From Tetramitus jugosus (Eukaryota > Protista > Heterolobosea), in NCBI GenBank assembly GCA_937625935.1, contig OW569368.1, positions 124,001 through 188,000 of the forward strand: DNA of 64,000 bases, given 5' to 3'. This document shows, piece by piece, positions 20,779 to 33,165 of this stretch. Made by a program: the position numbers and the translations under genes. Numbering within the stretch: the stretch's first letter is position 1; the number at the start of each line of letters is the position of its first letter. The notes beneath the pieces were generated by a model. It saw only the letters and a list, made by a program, of their open reading frames with translations, did not search any database and was not told where the DNA came from.

Positions 20779-23696
20779 TTATTGCGAACTGAACTGAGAT
20801 AACAGATTACGTAATGACACCTTCTTTTGCTGACTGTCTGTCTCTTGTTTTTGGGTCATGACATTCGAAGATGATGATGCAAGTGCTGTTGTTTTCCTCT
20901 TCTTCTGTTGGTGGAGTACCGTGTCTTTTTGTGAGGAATCAGGCTCATAGATTTTCCGTTTGGATGTATTCTCGTTATTTGTGATCGAGGTTCTGTTGTC
21001 TCGGCTCTTGCTGCGAGCACCAAAGAAGATATCTTCCAAACAATCCTCCTGACTCTTCTCAACAATAGTATTCTTCTCACTCTTTGGTTCTTTTGTAGAT
21101 GAGAAAAAGATATTTTCTAAGGTAGCTGAACGATTGGATGACACCTTGTTTTCTTCTGCTCTGGGAGGTGGATCTACCATTGGTCTGGGACTTTCATTCT
21201 TCTTGACTGGTGCAGCTGCAAAGAAAATATCTGCAAAATCCAGACTGTCATTCGCTTGATTCTTTGACTGGACTTTAGGCGAATTCACAATACATCGATC
21301 TGTTTTAGTGTATGTATCTTGAGAGCCAGTGTCATTCCAAGTGTTTGTAATTTCGATGCTCTGCGGCGGTTCGTAAGAGTCAGCGCTGTAAAATTCATGC
21401 TTTAGAGGTGTATGATGTCCCTCTGAGGTTGGCTTGATTGTGTGCTCGTGTTGCACAGTTAAATTGCCTTGTTTCTGCATGTGGACACTCGGCCGGGCTG
21501 TACTGGATTGTACTTGTTCAGTTGTTGGGAAAAATATATCCATAAGCTCATCTCTTGCGGCAGGTGGTTGCTGATCGCCGTTGATTTGATGGCGCTTCGG
21601 CTCTGTGTCAACTGTAGAATTGGAAATAGTAATCTTCTTATCCTCCTCTTTTGGACTCGATGCCTTTCCTGAATTTGTCAATTCTGTGTGCTTCTCTTTC
21701 ATCTCGAACCGCATCCATGCTGGTAGACTCTTTTCTGAATTCAAAGTCCTCGTACTAATGACTTTATATGCTTGATCAATGTGTTCGCTTTTTATGGTAT
21801 GCCTTGTTTTCCCATCGTAGTGCAGAACACTAGCTGCACTGTGCTTACACCTTCCGTCTTTACCATCTGGGCATGTGCACACTGATTTGATGATATGACC
21901 ATTCTTGAAAAGGCTTTCTTGTCGGTAATTGGCACCTGACGCTTCTTTTGTCGAATAGCATCGACTGTACAACTTAAAGTATTTGTCACGAACAGGTTTG
22001 ACCCGAATTTCAAAAACGCTATCAATAAGTGATTGTCCGCTATATGTCATGTAATTAGTGTTAATGTATGACTACTTGCTGGATCATAAAATGAATATAC
22101 TTACTTTTCGTACGATTTATATCCAAAGTAATCAACAAATCCGGACTTGGTGTCAGTGACAAGATGGGAAGACTCCTCTGGGTGTATATTTGTTGAGGAG
22201 CTATCAATCAGAGCTGGTTCAACATCAGTTAGTGGAGGTTGTTCCGAAGCTATTCCTTTCTTATGCAATTGTTGATAACCTAATTGTGCATAACCACTTA
22301 CATTCTTTTCAAAACTGTTCTGATCCACAAAATTGTCAATAAATTGTGAGTCTAATACTATTCCATGGACTCTATTCAAAGTACCACACTGTTCCACACA
22401 ATAAAAACCCGATTGTTTAAGTTTTTGGAGTAGTGGGAACTTGTCAATTGATTGTGTCCGTTTCTCTGTTTCAGCGAGAGATATCTGCAAATTAGTGACA
22501 AACGAAGGAGCGTTCATACACGAAATAGAAAGTATAGTCACTTGTTGCATGATCTCCATATCATTCTTCTTTGATAGATCCAGTTTGGAGTACTGGATAA
22601 CACTTACACCTACTCTGTCGGTAATTGAGCAGTCCTCAAACGAAAAGGGAATCTGGCTGTCAATTGGTGTTTTCTCAGAAACATAAAGTGAATTACCAAT
22701 ATCCAAGGAGTGAATGTATTGACAATAAGCGATCATTCCACTGTTCGGTGTAGCAAAAAAGTTGTTTGTAGAACAGTCTCCTTGATTGTATCCACATATG
22801 TAATAGATCGGAAAAGGCATGCGCAACATCGCAATGCTCTTACGAACCAACTTTGTAAGTAGTTTCTTCTTTGCAATCAATTCGTTTGCATCGTTCGGTG
22901 ATGTAACTCCCAATAAATCGAGCAGTCTATTGTGATCAATAACCACAATAATCCTACTGTGTATCTTTGTGTTTGTCCAAGCACGAAGAAGAACTTTTAT
23001 CTTACTTCTCACTTTCAACTGCTCAGGCAATGAATCACTATCGTGTTGCTTCAGATTGAGAAATGCATGGGCATCAATAAATAAAGCGTGATGGTTGAAA
23101 TGAGAAAGATTGGTTCTGTACTTGACAGTAGAGTAATCCATTGTCACTTCGCGAAGTTCATCCAATGCCTCTTTCCCCTCGTCTGGCTGCCAACTTCTCG
23201 ACACTGTAGCGCTACTAGAGAAGTAATCCAAAGTGACTTGCATCCAATTAATGGACCGTGTTTCGCTGCTGTTCATCTTGACATCTGAACTCGCCACATC
23301 ACCACTTCCTTGGATCACATAATCATCTGCAGCAATATTTAGCTCATTTTGCCACATGCATTGAATCAAGCTCGGTCGAAACCAAACGAGGCAAACCCTA
23401 AGTCCAGTCACACTCTGTTTCAGCTTTTGAATCATGGATGCTCTAGTGGCAGAACTGTAGTTATCATCACCTGAGAGAAACACCAATCGAACAATTGGTT
23501 TTTCATTCAATTTAGCAATCAACCGCTTACAGACAATATGTAAACTCATTTCCGATTTTTTCACTTTGGCCTTACTGTTGGACAACCAATGATCCCGAAC
23601 AGATACGAGTTCGTGAGTGGAACCATAGTGCACATGGAAGTAGTGCAAGGCGTTAGAACAGGGTGGGCCAACAAACAGAACAACCTCTTTGAGCAT
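20779..23696 (-). CDS. Degenerate polynucleotide kinase/phosphatase-like region fused to a SWIM zinc finger; intron 22040-22104
   Basis: A GTAAGT...CTAAT...TAG intron joins ORF 22101..23717 in frame to ORF 20779..22050 (KSYENGQSL). SWIM motif CTCPDGKDGRCKH; PNKP-like VVLFVGPP, ALFIDAH and PNSGMI. Confidence 0.7.
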
Positions 23697-23766
23697 TGAT
23701 TGTTTTTTTGGCGCCAAATGTGCTGTGTTATTTTATGTTCAAGTTTTTTCTGGCATTCTTTACTGA

Positions 23767-24459
23767 CTACACAGTAGTCCTCCTTTTCTTGGCGGGAGGT
23801 TCCACGTCACTTGGTCCTTCCATTTTCTTCGCTTTCAACATGGCCACATGTTTTTGGCATGTGCGACAAGCTTCATCACTAGCTCCAATTTGACTGACAG
23901 AACTCTCTCTCTTATCCTTGTGGAGATTCCCCTTCAACTGTTGATAGAACTGGAGGTCGCGGCCGATCTTTTTTACCAGAGTCTCTTTTTCTATGGGCTT
24001 TTCACAAACTGGACAGTCTTCCTGTTGTTGGCACTCTCCCAGTCGTATTAGGCATCTATCCTTGCTCTTTCTTGGCTTGGACTTCCATTCTTCCTTGGCA
24101 GAACTACTTGCTTTTTCCACCTGCTTAATTGGCTTGGGAGTCAGTTCCTTACTTGGTTCCTTGTTTTCAGCCCCCGCAAAAGAACCTCTGAGAAGCTGGA
24201 GAAACCCTGGATATCGAGTTAGAGTCCTCTCTCCATCGCGGATCGACTCTAGGACGCTCGAGAGGTGGGAGATGTCCCCAGAACATCCCCTACACACCTT
24301 GTAGACTGATTGACGAGGTGCTTCCTTGTGACACGGATGTTGTTCCAAGAACATATATTCGATCAACTCCAGAAATGTACAGTCCTTTGGGTAGGAGTGA
24401 TTTTCGTCGTTGGGGAGAGAATGTTCACACACGTAACAAGTCGGAAGAGTGCTCTTCAT
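23767..24459 (-). CDS. Hypothetical protein with several CxxC pairs and a C-terminal NLS-like motif
   Basis: 230-aa ORF with CYVC, CRGC, CPVC, CRTC and PPAKKRR. Confidence 0.55.
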   Translation of the reverse strand: MKSTLPTCYVCEHSLPNDENHSYPKDCTFLELIEYMFLEQHPCHKEAPRQSVYKVCRGCSGDISHLSSVLESIRDGERTLTRYPGFLQLLRGSFAGAENKEPSKELTPKPIKQVEKASSSAKEEWKSKPRKSKDRCLIRLGECQQQEDCPVCEKPIEKETLVKKIGRDLQFYQQLKGNLHKDKRESSVSQIGASDEACRTCQKHVAMLKAKKMEGPSDVEPPAKKRRTTV

Positions 24460-25252
24460 CTGATTAGAGGTTGGTGTTGGTTGTGCTTATGTTGTACAGA
24501 TCGGAGCAAAACCAAAAAATGAGGTTGACCACGTCGAAAATAGTGTCGGTGCTTCTTTTCTGCAGGAATCGGAGTAATAATGCCCTCCTGCAATGGACCA
24601 TTTGTTTAGAAGGAGTGTCAGCAGAAGTAAATGTATTTCTATTTAATGGTCATAGAAGCTGTAGGGGAATAGTAGTTCGGGAGCTTCTTTGGAGAAGGTT
24701 TGCTTCATTTGTCGATCCGACCTCCAGAGTATCTACACTGATGAAATTGATGTTGAGACTGATTCTAAATCATTTATCATCTTTCTGTCTCAGAACATTG
24801 GATTCTTTGATAAACCATGACTGAATGGAACAACATTCACATAACTCTGGGCATATATGTCCGCTTTTAGAGACCGGATTCGTGTGTTTGTTGGTATTTC
24901 TGACTTGCTCAATCAATTGTAGTTCTTCGTGCTGTCAACAGCAAGATCGTTAATGTCACAAGAGACATGATTCAACATCAGATACTCTTATCTTCATTCG
25001 AATCCACCCTTCAATCAAGTGGTCAACGAGGCGGAACGAAAAGGCGAAAAGCCCCATTTACTCCGATGTAAACGTCAATGTCGCATGAAAAAGTCGAATC
25101 GAACAATCGCATTCCCCTACTGCAACTTCAACTGTCGAGAGTTAATAGCCATCAACGTGGGTGATCCTCCACGACGACTCATCTTTTTTTCACGTCGTCA
25201 TTATTCAAAAAAACATATCCACTTTCCTCACACACAAAACGTAAACAACAAC

Positions 25253-27198
25253 ATGATGAACTCTCAAAAGGTCTCCCTCTGCCTGTTGGTGCTGGCCTTT
25301 TTGGCTGCCGCTGTCTTGGCTGATGTGTATATGCACAATCCAAGGTAAGTCAAACAAATTGCACATTTTTCTTGCTCAGCAGTCCAATATTGACTCCCAG
25401 ATTCTCCCCTTTTTTTTTCAATGTTACCATCATCATCTTTACCATCGACCCAAATCATCACAGAGGCTCCAACGATCGTAACTGTGAAAAAAATGAAAAC
25501 AGAAATACGGGTAATCGTCTCTTCGATTCCCAAAACAACGCCAAGGGTGGCTATGCTTGTCCACGTGGTCTAAAGACTGACACACCTACCATGTACTACT
25601 ATCAGGGCAGTATCCTTCCTGTGCAATGGACATCTCAACACAGTTGTGGTATTGACAACAACTATTGTCACATTATTCTTCAATACATGTGCTCTTCTGA
25701 GAATCCAACTCTGAGAGACGGTACACCAACTGAGGCTGATCCAACTGCTACTAACCGTCCAGACGAGAACACCAAGGATGATGCCAATGTCGGACAACAT
25801 GAAACATTTGAATATTACAAGAAGTGTGCCACACGTACTCGTCAAAACGGCTTGTACATTGCTGATCAAAATATTGGTACCACCTCTCCTGCTACTCGAA
25901 CTAGACAGAACCCTAATGGTGACAGAAACGGTTGGGAATGTGCCGAAGAGAGAGATTACTATCCATATTGGCATCCAACTCCATGGAGAGATATCGCCAT
26001 CTTCACCAATGATATGACTCAATGTGAAATGTACAGATCAGAGTCCCAGAACGTCAAGGACAAGGGCGAATGTTGGAGTATCCCAGCTGACTCTACCTCT
26101 GCTAGTGTCTACCTGTCCTACAACAACTACTTTGACTGTGTCAACAGTGGAAAGGGAGAGTGGAAGGAGTCTGGCAAGTTTGATATCCCTGCACCACAGT
26201 GCTTGTCCACTGATTTGATTGCCGCTAGAGACAACCATTTGGGTACGACTCTTTCTGGTAAGCCAGCTCAGTACAACTGGGTGTTGCCATTCAACATTGT
26301 GTCCGATGCCTGTGTTCTCAGAATTCGTTACAACATCTCCACTGATGACGTCAAGTTTGATTTGGACTACAAGAGCAATGCTGAAGAGTCTGCCATCAAG
26401 CAAGACCCTCTTGGAAGCTATGGTATGGCATCTACATTGAGCATGGCTGTGAACACTAACCAATTCGGTAGAACTTTCCAAGATCGTTCCTACGTGTTTG
26501 CCATCAAGAAGAGAGAAGGTATTTCTTCCTCTGCCAAGATTTACAACGTGAATGTCATTGGTAAGCGTGGTAACATTGTTCAAACATATCCTGCTCTCGA
26601 GTACAGATTTGTTCCTGAACATTTGTCCATTTCTGCTGATGACTATGTTCACTTCCAATGGACTGGTAGTGACTACAATCCAAACAGAAATCCAAATGAT
26701 GGTGAAGGTGGTCCAAGAGATCCAGATGGTGGTCTCAGAGCTGATCGTTCCAACGTTGTCCAAATGGATTATCCTGGATTGAGTATTCCTAGACCTGCTC
26801 AGTACAACACCATGTTCGTCAAGAGCAACGGTAAGCCAGACATGGACTTGATCAACAAACTAGCTTTCATTAATCAAGACATTACAAATGCCACCGCTTG
26901 CTATTCTCAAGCTCAAATTGAGGCTGAATTGGAAAAGGATCAGAATTTTGAGTTTGATATTCGCAACTGCGCAAAGTTGAACGGTGCCAAGACTCCATAC
27001 TTTGATGCTAAGCCAATCAAGCTTCGCAGCACTGGTACCTTCTGGTATTTTAGCACTAGAAACAACAACTTCTCCAACAGAGGTCAAAAGGCTTCCATTA
27101 CCGTTTCCGGAGGACAATTCTCTTCCGCAAACAGAATGGACAGCTCTATCGTTGTTGCTTTGGTGACTTTGGTGTTGAGTGTCTTCTTCATGCTATAA
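25253..27198 (+). CDS. DD3-3-like secreted/surface protein; intron 25345-25463
   Basis: Signal peptide followed by DVYMHNPR|GSNDRN after splicing, RLFDSQNNAKGGY, ECAEERDYYPYWHPTPW, FGRTFQDRS, STRNNNFSNR and a hydrophobic (GPI-like) C-terminus. Confidence 0.9.
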
Positions 27199-27507
27199 AC
27201 GGTTGATTGAACATTTCAATGACATCTACTTTGTTTTATTCCTTTTGTTATCCGTAGATGGAATCTTCTTCCTTTGTCGTTGTTATGCATCTTTGGATCA
27301 ATTTTGGACAACTTTCGCATTTTCTCTTGTGTGGAGAATAAAATCTTGATGGATCACGAACCTGAGATCCTTTGATTCAAAGTTCAAATTCAACACACAA
27401 GTCAAATACCACCACGCAACAAACACAAAAAAAAACAAATAACTAACAAGTTTTGGTTTGGAGGGTTGAAATCGATCAACAAACACTCACAATATATATA
27501 TAAAACA

Positions 27508-30500
27508 ATGACACAATCTATCCACCGTTTGTTGATTGGATTTCTCATCTCCTTAATTGCAATCACAATGATGATGATGAGCACTACCGTAACAGCAACA
27601 GCAGTAGCAGTAAAGCCTCTTCCTCAATTCAGAAATAGGCACATCTCAGCAGAGCTCGATCATGACTCCATTTTGCAAGCAAAGCAGTTTCACAAGAAGG
27701 CATCTCTTCTGTTCAAAACAACAAGTCATGAGAACGTTGTTGATCATGACGATGATGCAATCATTCAACTGCTTGTTCAATTCTCAGACAACAAGCATGA
27801 TTTTTCAACTCAATCATCAGCTATTGTAGGTCATTTGCAGAGTTATTTAGGAAGAAATACATACACACTCAAGACTACCATTTCACAAATCGAAAGGTAA
27901 GAAGCAATACAATCTTTTTCTTTTTTTGTGCACAGCTTTGCGGTTGACTACAACAAAAACCTTTTCCTTTTTTTGGCGCGCACAGAATCCGCAAAGCTCC
28001 TCATGTAGCTTGGGTTGGTCATTACAAGCCACAGCTCAAGTTTTTGGAGAGACACATGACTGTGGAGCCACAGAGAGTGAGTGATTCCATTGCACAACTC
28101 GGTGGTGATTCATTGAGTCGCATGATGCACACTCAAGCTCAACTCTTCAAGAGCAGTGAACGAACGAAGAAGAGTGATCCTAGGTTCACCTTCAAGAGAG
28201 AATCCACGGGAGACAAGATGATTGCCTTGAGTGTCATGCTCGAAGCTCAACCATCCACTGTTTATCGTTCCATCAATGCCCTCCAGGCTGTCAAGAGAGT
28301 CCAGAGTCAATTGAGTTCTTTGCTCTTGTCAAATGACATTTCCATGGAGTCATTGTTGATTGCATCGGACAAGAAACTGGTCATTACGGTGCCAGAGTCT
28401 CAAATCCTTCATGCAGCTCAAGTTCTCGCTAGCCATTATGATGTTCACTGGGTAGAACCAATGGCAGCAACAACAACAACAAACAAGTGGAGCAGATGGA
28501 TCACACAGACTGGAAACTCCAACAGTGAACCACTCACAAAATCAGAGTTGCGCGGTCAAGGACAAATTGTCGGTATTGGTGACTCTGGATTGGACTACAA
28601 CAGTTGTTATTTCCAAGATCCTGATCATGGAGTTTCAATTGTCACGAATGTGAATCAACCAAAAAAGTCAGTGCCTCATAGAAAGATTCATGAAATCTGG
28701 GCTCTGGTTGATGATATCGCTGAAGGCAGAGCTCATGGAACTCATGTGGCTGGCTCTGTTCTCGGAAGTCCCATCAAGACATTAAACTCGACTCAGTACA
28801 ACAAGTTTAATGAACACTCTGGCATGGCCCCTGAAGCAAAGGTGTTGTTCACTGATATTGGATGCTTGAACGAAGATGGTTGCCAATGCCATGGTGTTCC
28901 TTGTGTCTGTGATTTATTTGCTGAAAAGAGGTGTAGGCCATCCGAGAGAGCCGTGTATCCACCACTCGATTTAAATAGCGGTCTATTTCCATACTCTTAT
29001 GAATCTGGAGCCAGAATCCACACTAACTCTTGGGGAGGCGGTAGTGGCTGGGGCTACGGTATCAGTTCAATGGAGATTGATCAATTCTCATGGGAACACA
29101 AGGACTTTTTGATTTTGTTTGCTGCCGGAAATTCCGGTGACACTGATGGCTATGGCAGTCTGGGTATTGAGGCAGAGTCAAAGAATGCAATTGCTGTTGG
29201 TGCCACAATGAACCATCTCAGCATGTTCCAGTTTGCAGCAGAAAATGACGATTATGAGAAGAGAGCCAAGTACATCTCTTCACTTGTTCTAGACGCATTG
29301 CAATGTGATTTTACTGAATGTAACAATTTCACACAAGAACATCAAGATGCTTGTAACTTTTGGAGAAATTTCACTGCTGCCCAATGCTGTAGTACTGAAG
29401 GTCAATGTGCATCGCAAGGTTCCTGTGGATGCAGTTTGTACAATGTTGGCTCTTTCTGTTGCAAAACCTGTGTTGTTCGTAATCTGAAGAACAATATCTT
29501 TGCAGAGTTTGAGTACTCTCCTGAAAATGCTGCCTACTTTAGTTCAAGAGGACCTACGACAGATCTGAGAATTAAGCCTGATATCTGTGCTCCTGGTCAC
29601 TCTGTAATATCTGCACGTTCTTTTGACACAAAGACAAATCCTCGTGTCTGTTCCTCCAACAGTCAATTTAGTTCATCGGATGATGTTGTCAGCATGGGAG
29701 GTACTTCTATGGCTACTCCAATCACGGCCGGTGGAGCCGCTCTGGTTCGCCAGTACTATGTTGACGGATACCATGCAACTGGTGTAAAGGATGAGAAGAA
29801 GGGATTCAATCCTTCGAGTGCACTGGTCAAGGCCACACTCATAAATTCTGGAAGACCATTGGAGGGATTCATTGAGATGGCTGATACACTAGTCCCTATG
29901 AGACCAGGAGTGGGCAATTCTGAAGTTGTTGTTAATCCAAAGCTAATTGAGGGACATGGTAGAGTTACACTAATGGACACTTTGTCTTTCTCTTCTCCAA
30001 CGCTGAAAACCACTCAAAATCTTCTGATTGGAAGAGTTGATCACATGAGAAGCACAAACAGTTCCTTGGAGGAAGAATTTGGAGATCCATTAATCCATGA
30101 TGGTGATGCTCACGATTATTGCTTTACTGTGGGAAAGCAATCTGGATCAATCAGATTGAAGGCAACACTTGTCTGGACGGATTATCCTTCATCCCCAGTC
30201 AGTCAGATGCACCTTGTGAATAATTTGGATTTGCAGCTCAAGGATTCCAAGGGACAAACATGGAATGGCAACATGCCATTTGGTTCAAAGGGCCGCGATG
30301 CCTTGAACAATGTTGAACAGGTCACTATTGAAGAGCCTGTTGAAGGTGATTACATGATTAGAATTGAGGGATCAGTTTCGAAGGGTCCTCAACCATATGC
30401 GCTCGTTATATCGGGTGAGAAGATTGCTTTTAGGACTTGCCAATCATCGGACGTCTTCTCATCCTCCTCCTCTATCGCTGCTAACTCCATGATGAACACA

Positions 30501-30659
30501 GTGCTTATTGGTGGAGGAATGATCATAGCAATTCTTGTTGCTGCTATTGCAGTTCTTGGTGTAGCTCTGTATCGCACGTACAAGAAGACTCAAGACTTTT
30601 CATCAAAGGGTGTGCGCTTGGAAGATGCACAGGAAATGCCTACCACTTCGAACGAATAA
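27508..30659 (+). CDS. Membrane-anchored S8 subtilisin-like protease (KP-43/TagC-like); intron 27897-27985
   Basis: Signal peptide, IGDSG (Asp), HGTHVAG (His), AAGNSG, GTSMATP (Ser), TLVWTD, NNVEQV and a C-terminal TM helix. Confidence 0.93.
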
Positions 30660-30832
30660 TCGAATGAATGTTATTTATTATCTTTTGCTTGTCCATTCTT
30701 GTTGGCTCTGGAACGAATCATAGCGAGTCGTAATGCAACATTGCGCCATCGTTGTGAAGACCCATTTTCTTCAGCTCGATGGCAACTTCCTTCACTAACA
30801 TCTTTCAGGCGTGATACACCCCCAAATCCAAA

Positions 30833-31194
30833 TTTTTTTTTTTAAATACAACCATTGGTTGCTCATTTTACTTCTTTGTTGATTCTCTGTATCGGTTTCG
30901 TGACGGCAGAATGCCGTCACTATTGACTTAAGTAGTTGCAAATGCTCGTAGAGCATTAGAAACCAGCAATCTCCTTTGAACTCGTGAAGAGGCGTCGCAT
31001 CACCTCCACGCACCTCCTCTTTGTATGATAGACAAATTGTTGGGCCTTCTCACTTGCCTTCTTCTTCTCCATCCCACTCTTCATCAGTCCTTTGATCACC
31101 TGTTTCAGCGCCCTTGTTTCAATACCCAGCATACCAAGCATGTATTCCTTGCTTGTTTTCCTCCGCTTATTGACTAGGAACGCACCGCCGTCGT
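30833..31194 (-). mobile_element. 5'-truncated non-LTR retrotransposon copy E upstream of tRNA-Thr
   Basis: Poly(A) tail (T 30833-30843) and shared 3' terminal motif. It encodes RKTSKEYMLGMLGIE...KRRCVEVMRRLF, homologous to the ORF2 C-terminus of copy B. Exact 11-bp TSD CCAAATCCAAA at 30822-30832 and 31195-31205. Confidence 0.92.
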
Positions 31195-31247
31195 CCAAAT
31201 CCAAAAATAGAAATTTCCTCCACTGATGGAGAAATTCGATAGAAAAG

Positions 31248-31320
31248 GGCTCCTTAGCACAGGTGGCAGTGCGCTGTCCTAGTAAGACAGAGGTCACGAG
31301 TTCGAGTCTCGTAGGAGCCT
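31248..31320 (+). tRNA. tRNA-Thr(AGT)
   Basis: Cloverleaf GGCTCCT/AGGAGCC, GCAC/GTGC, CTGTC-CT AGT AA-GACAG, ACGAG-TTCGAGT-CTCGT, with a T-run terminator just downstream. Confidence 0.96.
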
Positions 31321-31346
31321 ACTCACTTTTTGTTGTTTCAGAAAGC

Positions 31347-32740
31347 ATGCTTTTGGATCACTATGCAGGCATCCTCCAGAGGAAATTGGATTATGTCCAG
31401 GTTTACAGGTTGGACCTTGGATCACCAAACAGACGCATTGTGCAGATGGTAGGCGGCACCCGTCATCTCCTTATTCTGACAAATGACAATCAGTTGTTCA
31501 CCTGGGGTGAGAACAGTGACTCAATCGTGCCCAAAAACGTGAGCAACTCAACGACCCCCGATGGATGGTACAAGCTGAAAACTCCAGGTACAAATTCTTG
31601 GAACGCAATTGATATGATCGACTGTGGTGGCTACTACTGTCTAGCGCTGGTGAATCATGGCAGAGAGTTGTGGGGAGGTGGGAATAACTCGTTGGGCGAG
31701 CTTGGTTTGAAGAGTAGTGGTTACAGTGGTTGGGAATTGTTGCTCGCTGTGGGCAATCTCGTGAACCAATGTAAGGAACACAACATTGACTTTCCCTTGC
31801 GAAGGCCAATTGACTTCTTGGCCAACAACCCGAATGAAGGATTAGAAAACCAGAGGCCGCACAGGATCACTCATATCAGTGCTGGTTATTACTTTTGGCT
31901 TGTCGTGCTCGACAATCGCTATGTGTTTACATGTGGAGAAGACGAAGGAAGCCAATTGTGTCGCGATAATCCGAACAATGTCCCTAATAGATATCAACTC
32001 ATTAACGAGCAAGGAATGCTCAATGGAAAGAATATCAAAGAAATACGTGCTGGATTTAGATATTGGATGGCACTAACAACTGATAATCAATTGTATGGTT
32101 GTGGTACAAATTCTGACAATCGTAAGTAGTGATATGTTACTCATAATCTAGCAGTTTAATACTCATCGTTTTCTGTCATGTCATTGTAGAGTTGGGTTTT
32201 TCTGGTGAGTGCCCCCGATTGACTCTTATTGACATGACACAAGCAATACCGCGTGATTCTCCTGTGCCCACAATTCAATCTCTCCTCATCAGCCAAAATA
32301 ACTATTATGGCTCTGCGTTCCTGAGCACCGATGCAAAAGTTTACAGTTCAAATCTCTCTGAGATGAGTCATGCAGGTGACTCGTTCTTCAATCCCACAAA
32401 GGAATCATTTATTACCTCTGGCGATACGATTCAATATGCTAATAGCCATACCTTATCATGCTTTGTTCTTAATGGAATGGAAGCCTATACATACCAAAGA
32501 AATGAAGGTACCCTCTCTCCGATGGACTTATCCCAATTCAAACTTGAACGAGGCCACAGGGAAATTCTGGCGATAAGCTGTGGATATTATGGACATATGA
32601 GTTTTATTGTCGGACAGCCCGTTTCATGCCTTAATCGTCACTTTTGTCTCATGCCAAGAGCCAGAAAGTCCTTCACAGATGTTGAGATCATCACTCCGCA
32701 TCACCATTTGCAAGCTCAAAGCCTTTTTAGTCAGAAGTGA
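31347..32740 (+). CDS. RCC1-repeat protein; intron 32122-32189
   Basis: MVGGTRHLLIL..LFTWGEN, IDCGGYY..GGGNNSLGELG, ISAGYY and IRAGF. A GTAAGT..TAG intron restores GTNSDNQLG. Confidence 0.82.
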
Positions 32741-33165
32741 GAGTTTCAGCGAGGATGATTTTTTGTGCCTGGGGTGTTGTATTGTAAATATCCTTCGCAA
32801 CTTCCTAATCCGGGAGGAGTTTTATACTCAACTGTCTTCGCTAGCTCCGCTCCGGACCACCATCCATCCTCTGTCTAGATAGACTATCGCTCGAGGTTTG
32901 TTTTGCATCTTAGACCTCGAATTCGAGCAAAGTGGCTTCGCAAATTATTGTCTGCTTACTTTCTTCTTTACAAACCAACAACAAATTCCATATTATCATT
33001 GAGAAACAATAGACGTATTTCATTAGGCTCATTCACACTGAGAGAAGAATCGCATCAAAACTCGCACACACCGCACCACCCACAAAAGGCACTTTTTTTG
33101 TTCCAAACCAAAACGTAAAAAAATCTCAACCCTAGGCTATCCACACACTTCCTCACACACGAGTC

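Noticed and set aside
31195-31346. N-termini of ORFs 30956..31297 (-) and 31263..32129 (+)
   Set aside because: They run across the tRNA-Thr gene and its flank from non-ATG starts, so they are not coding.
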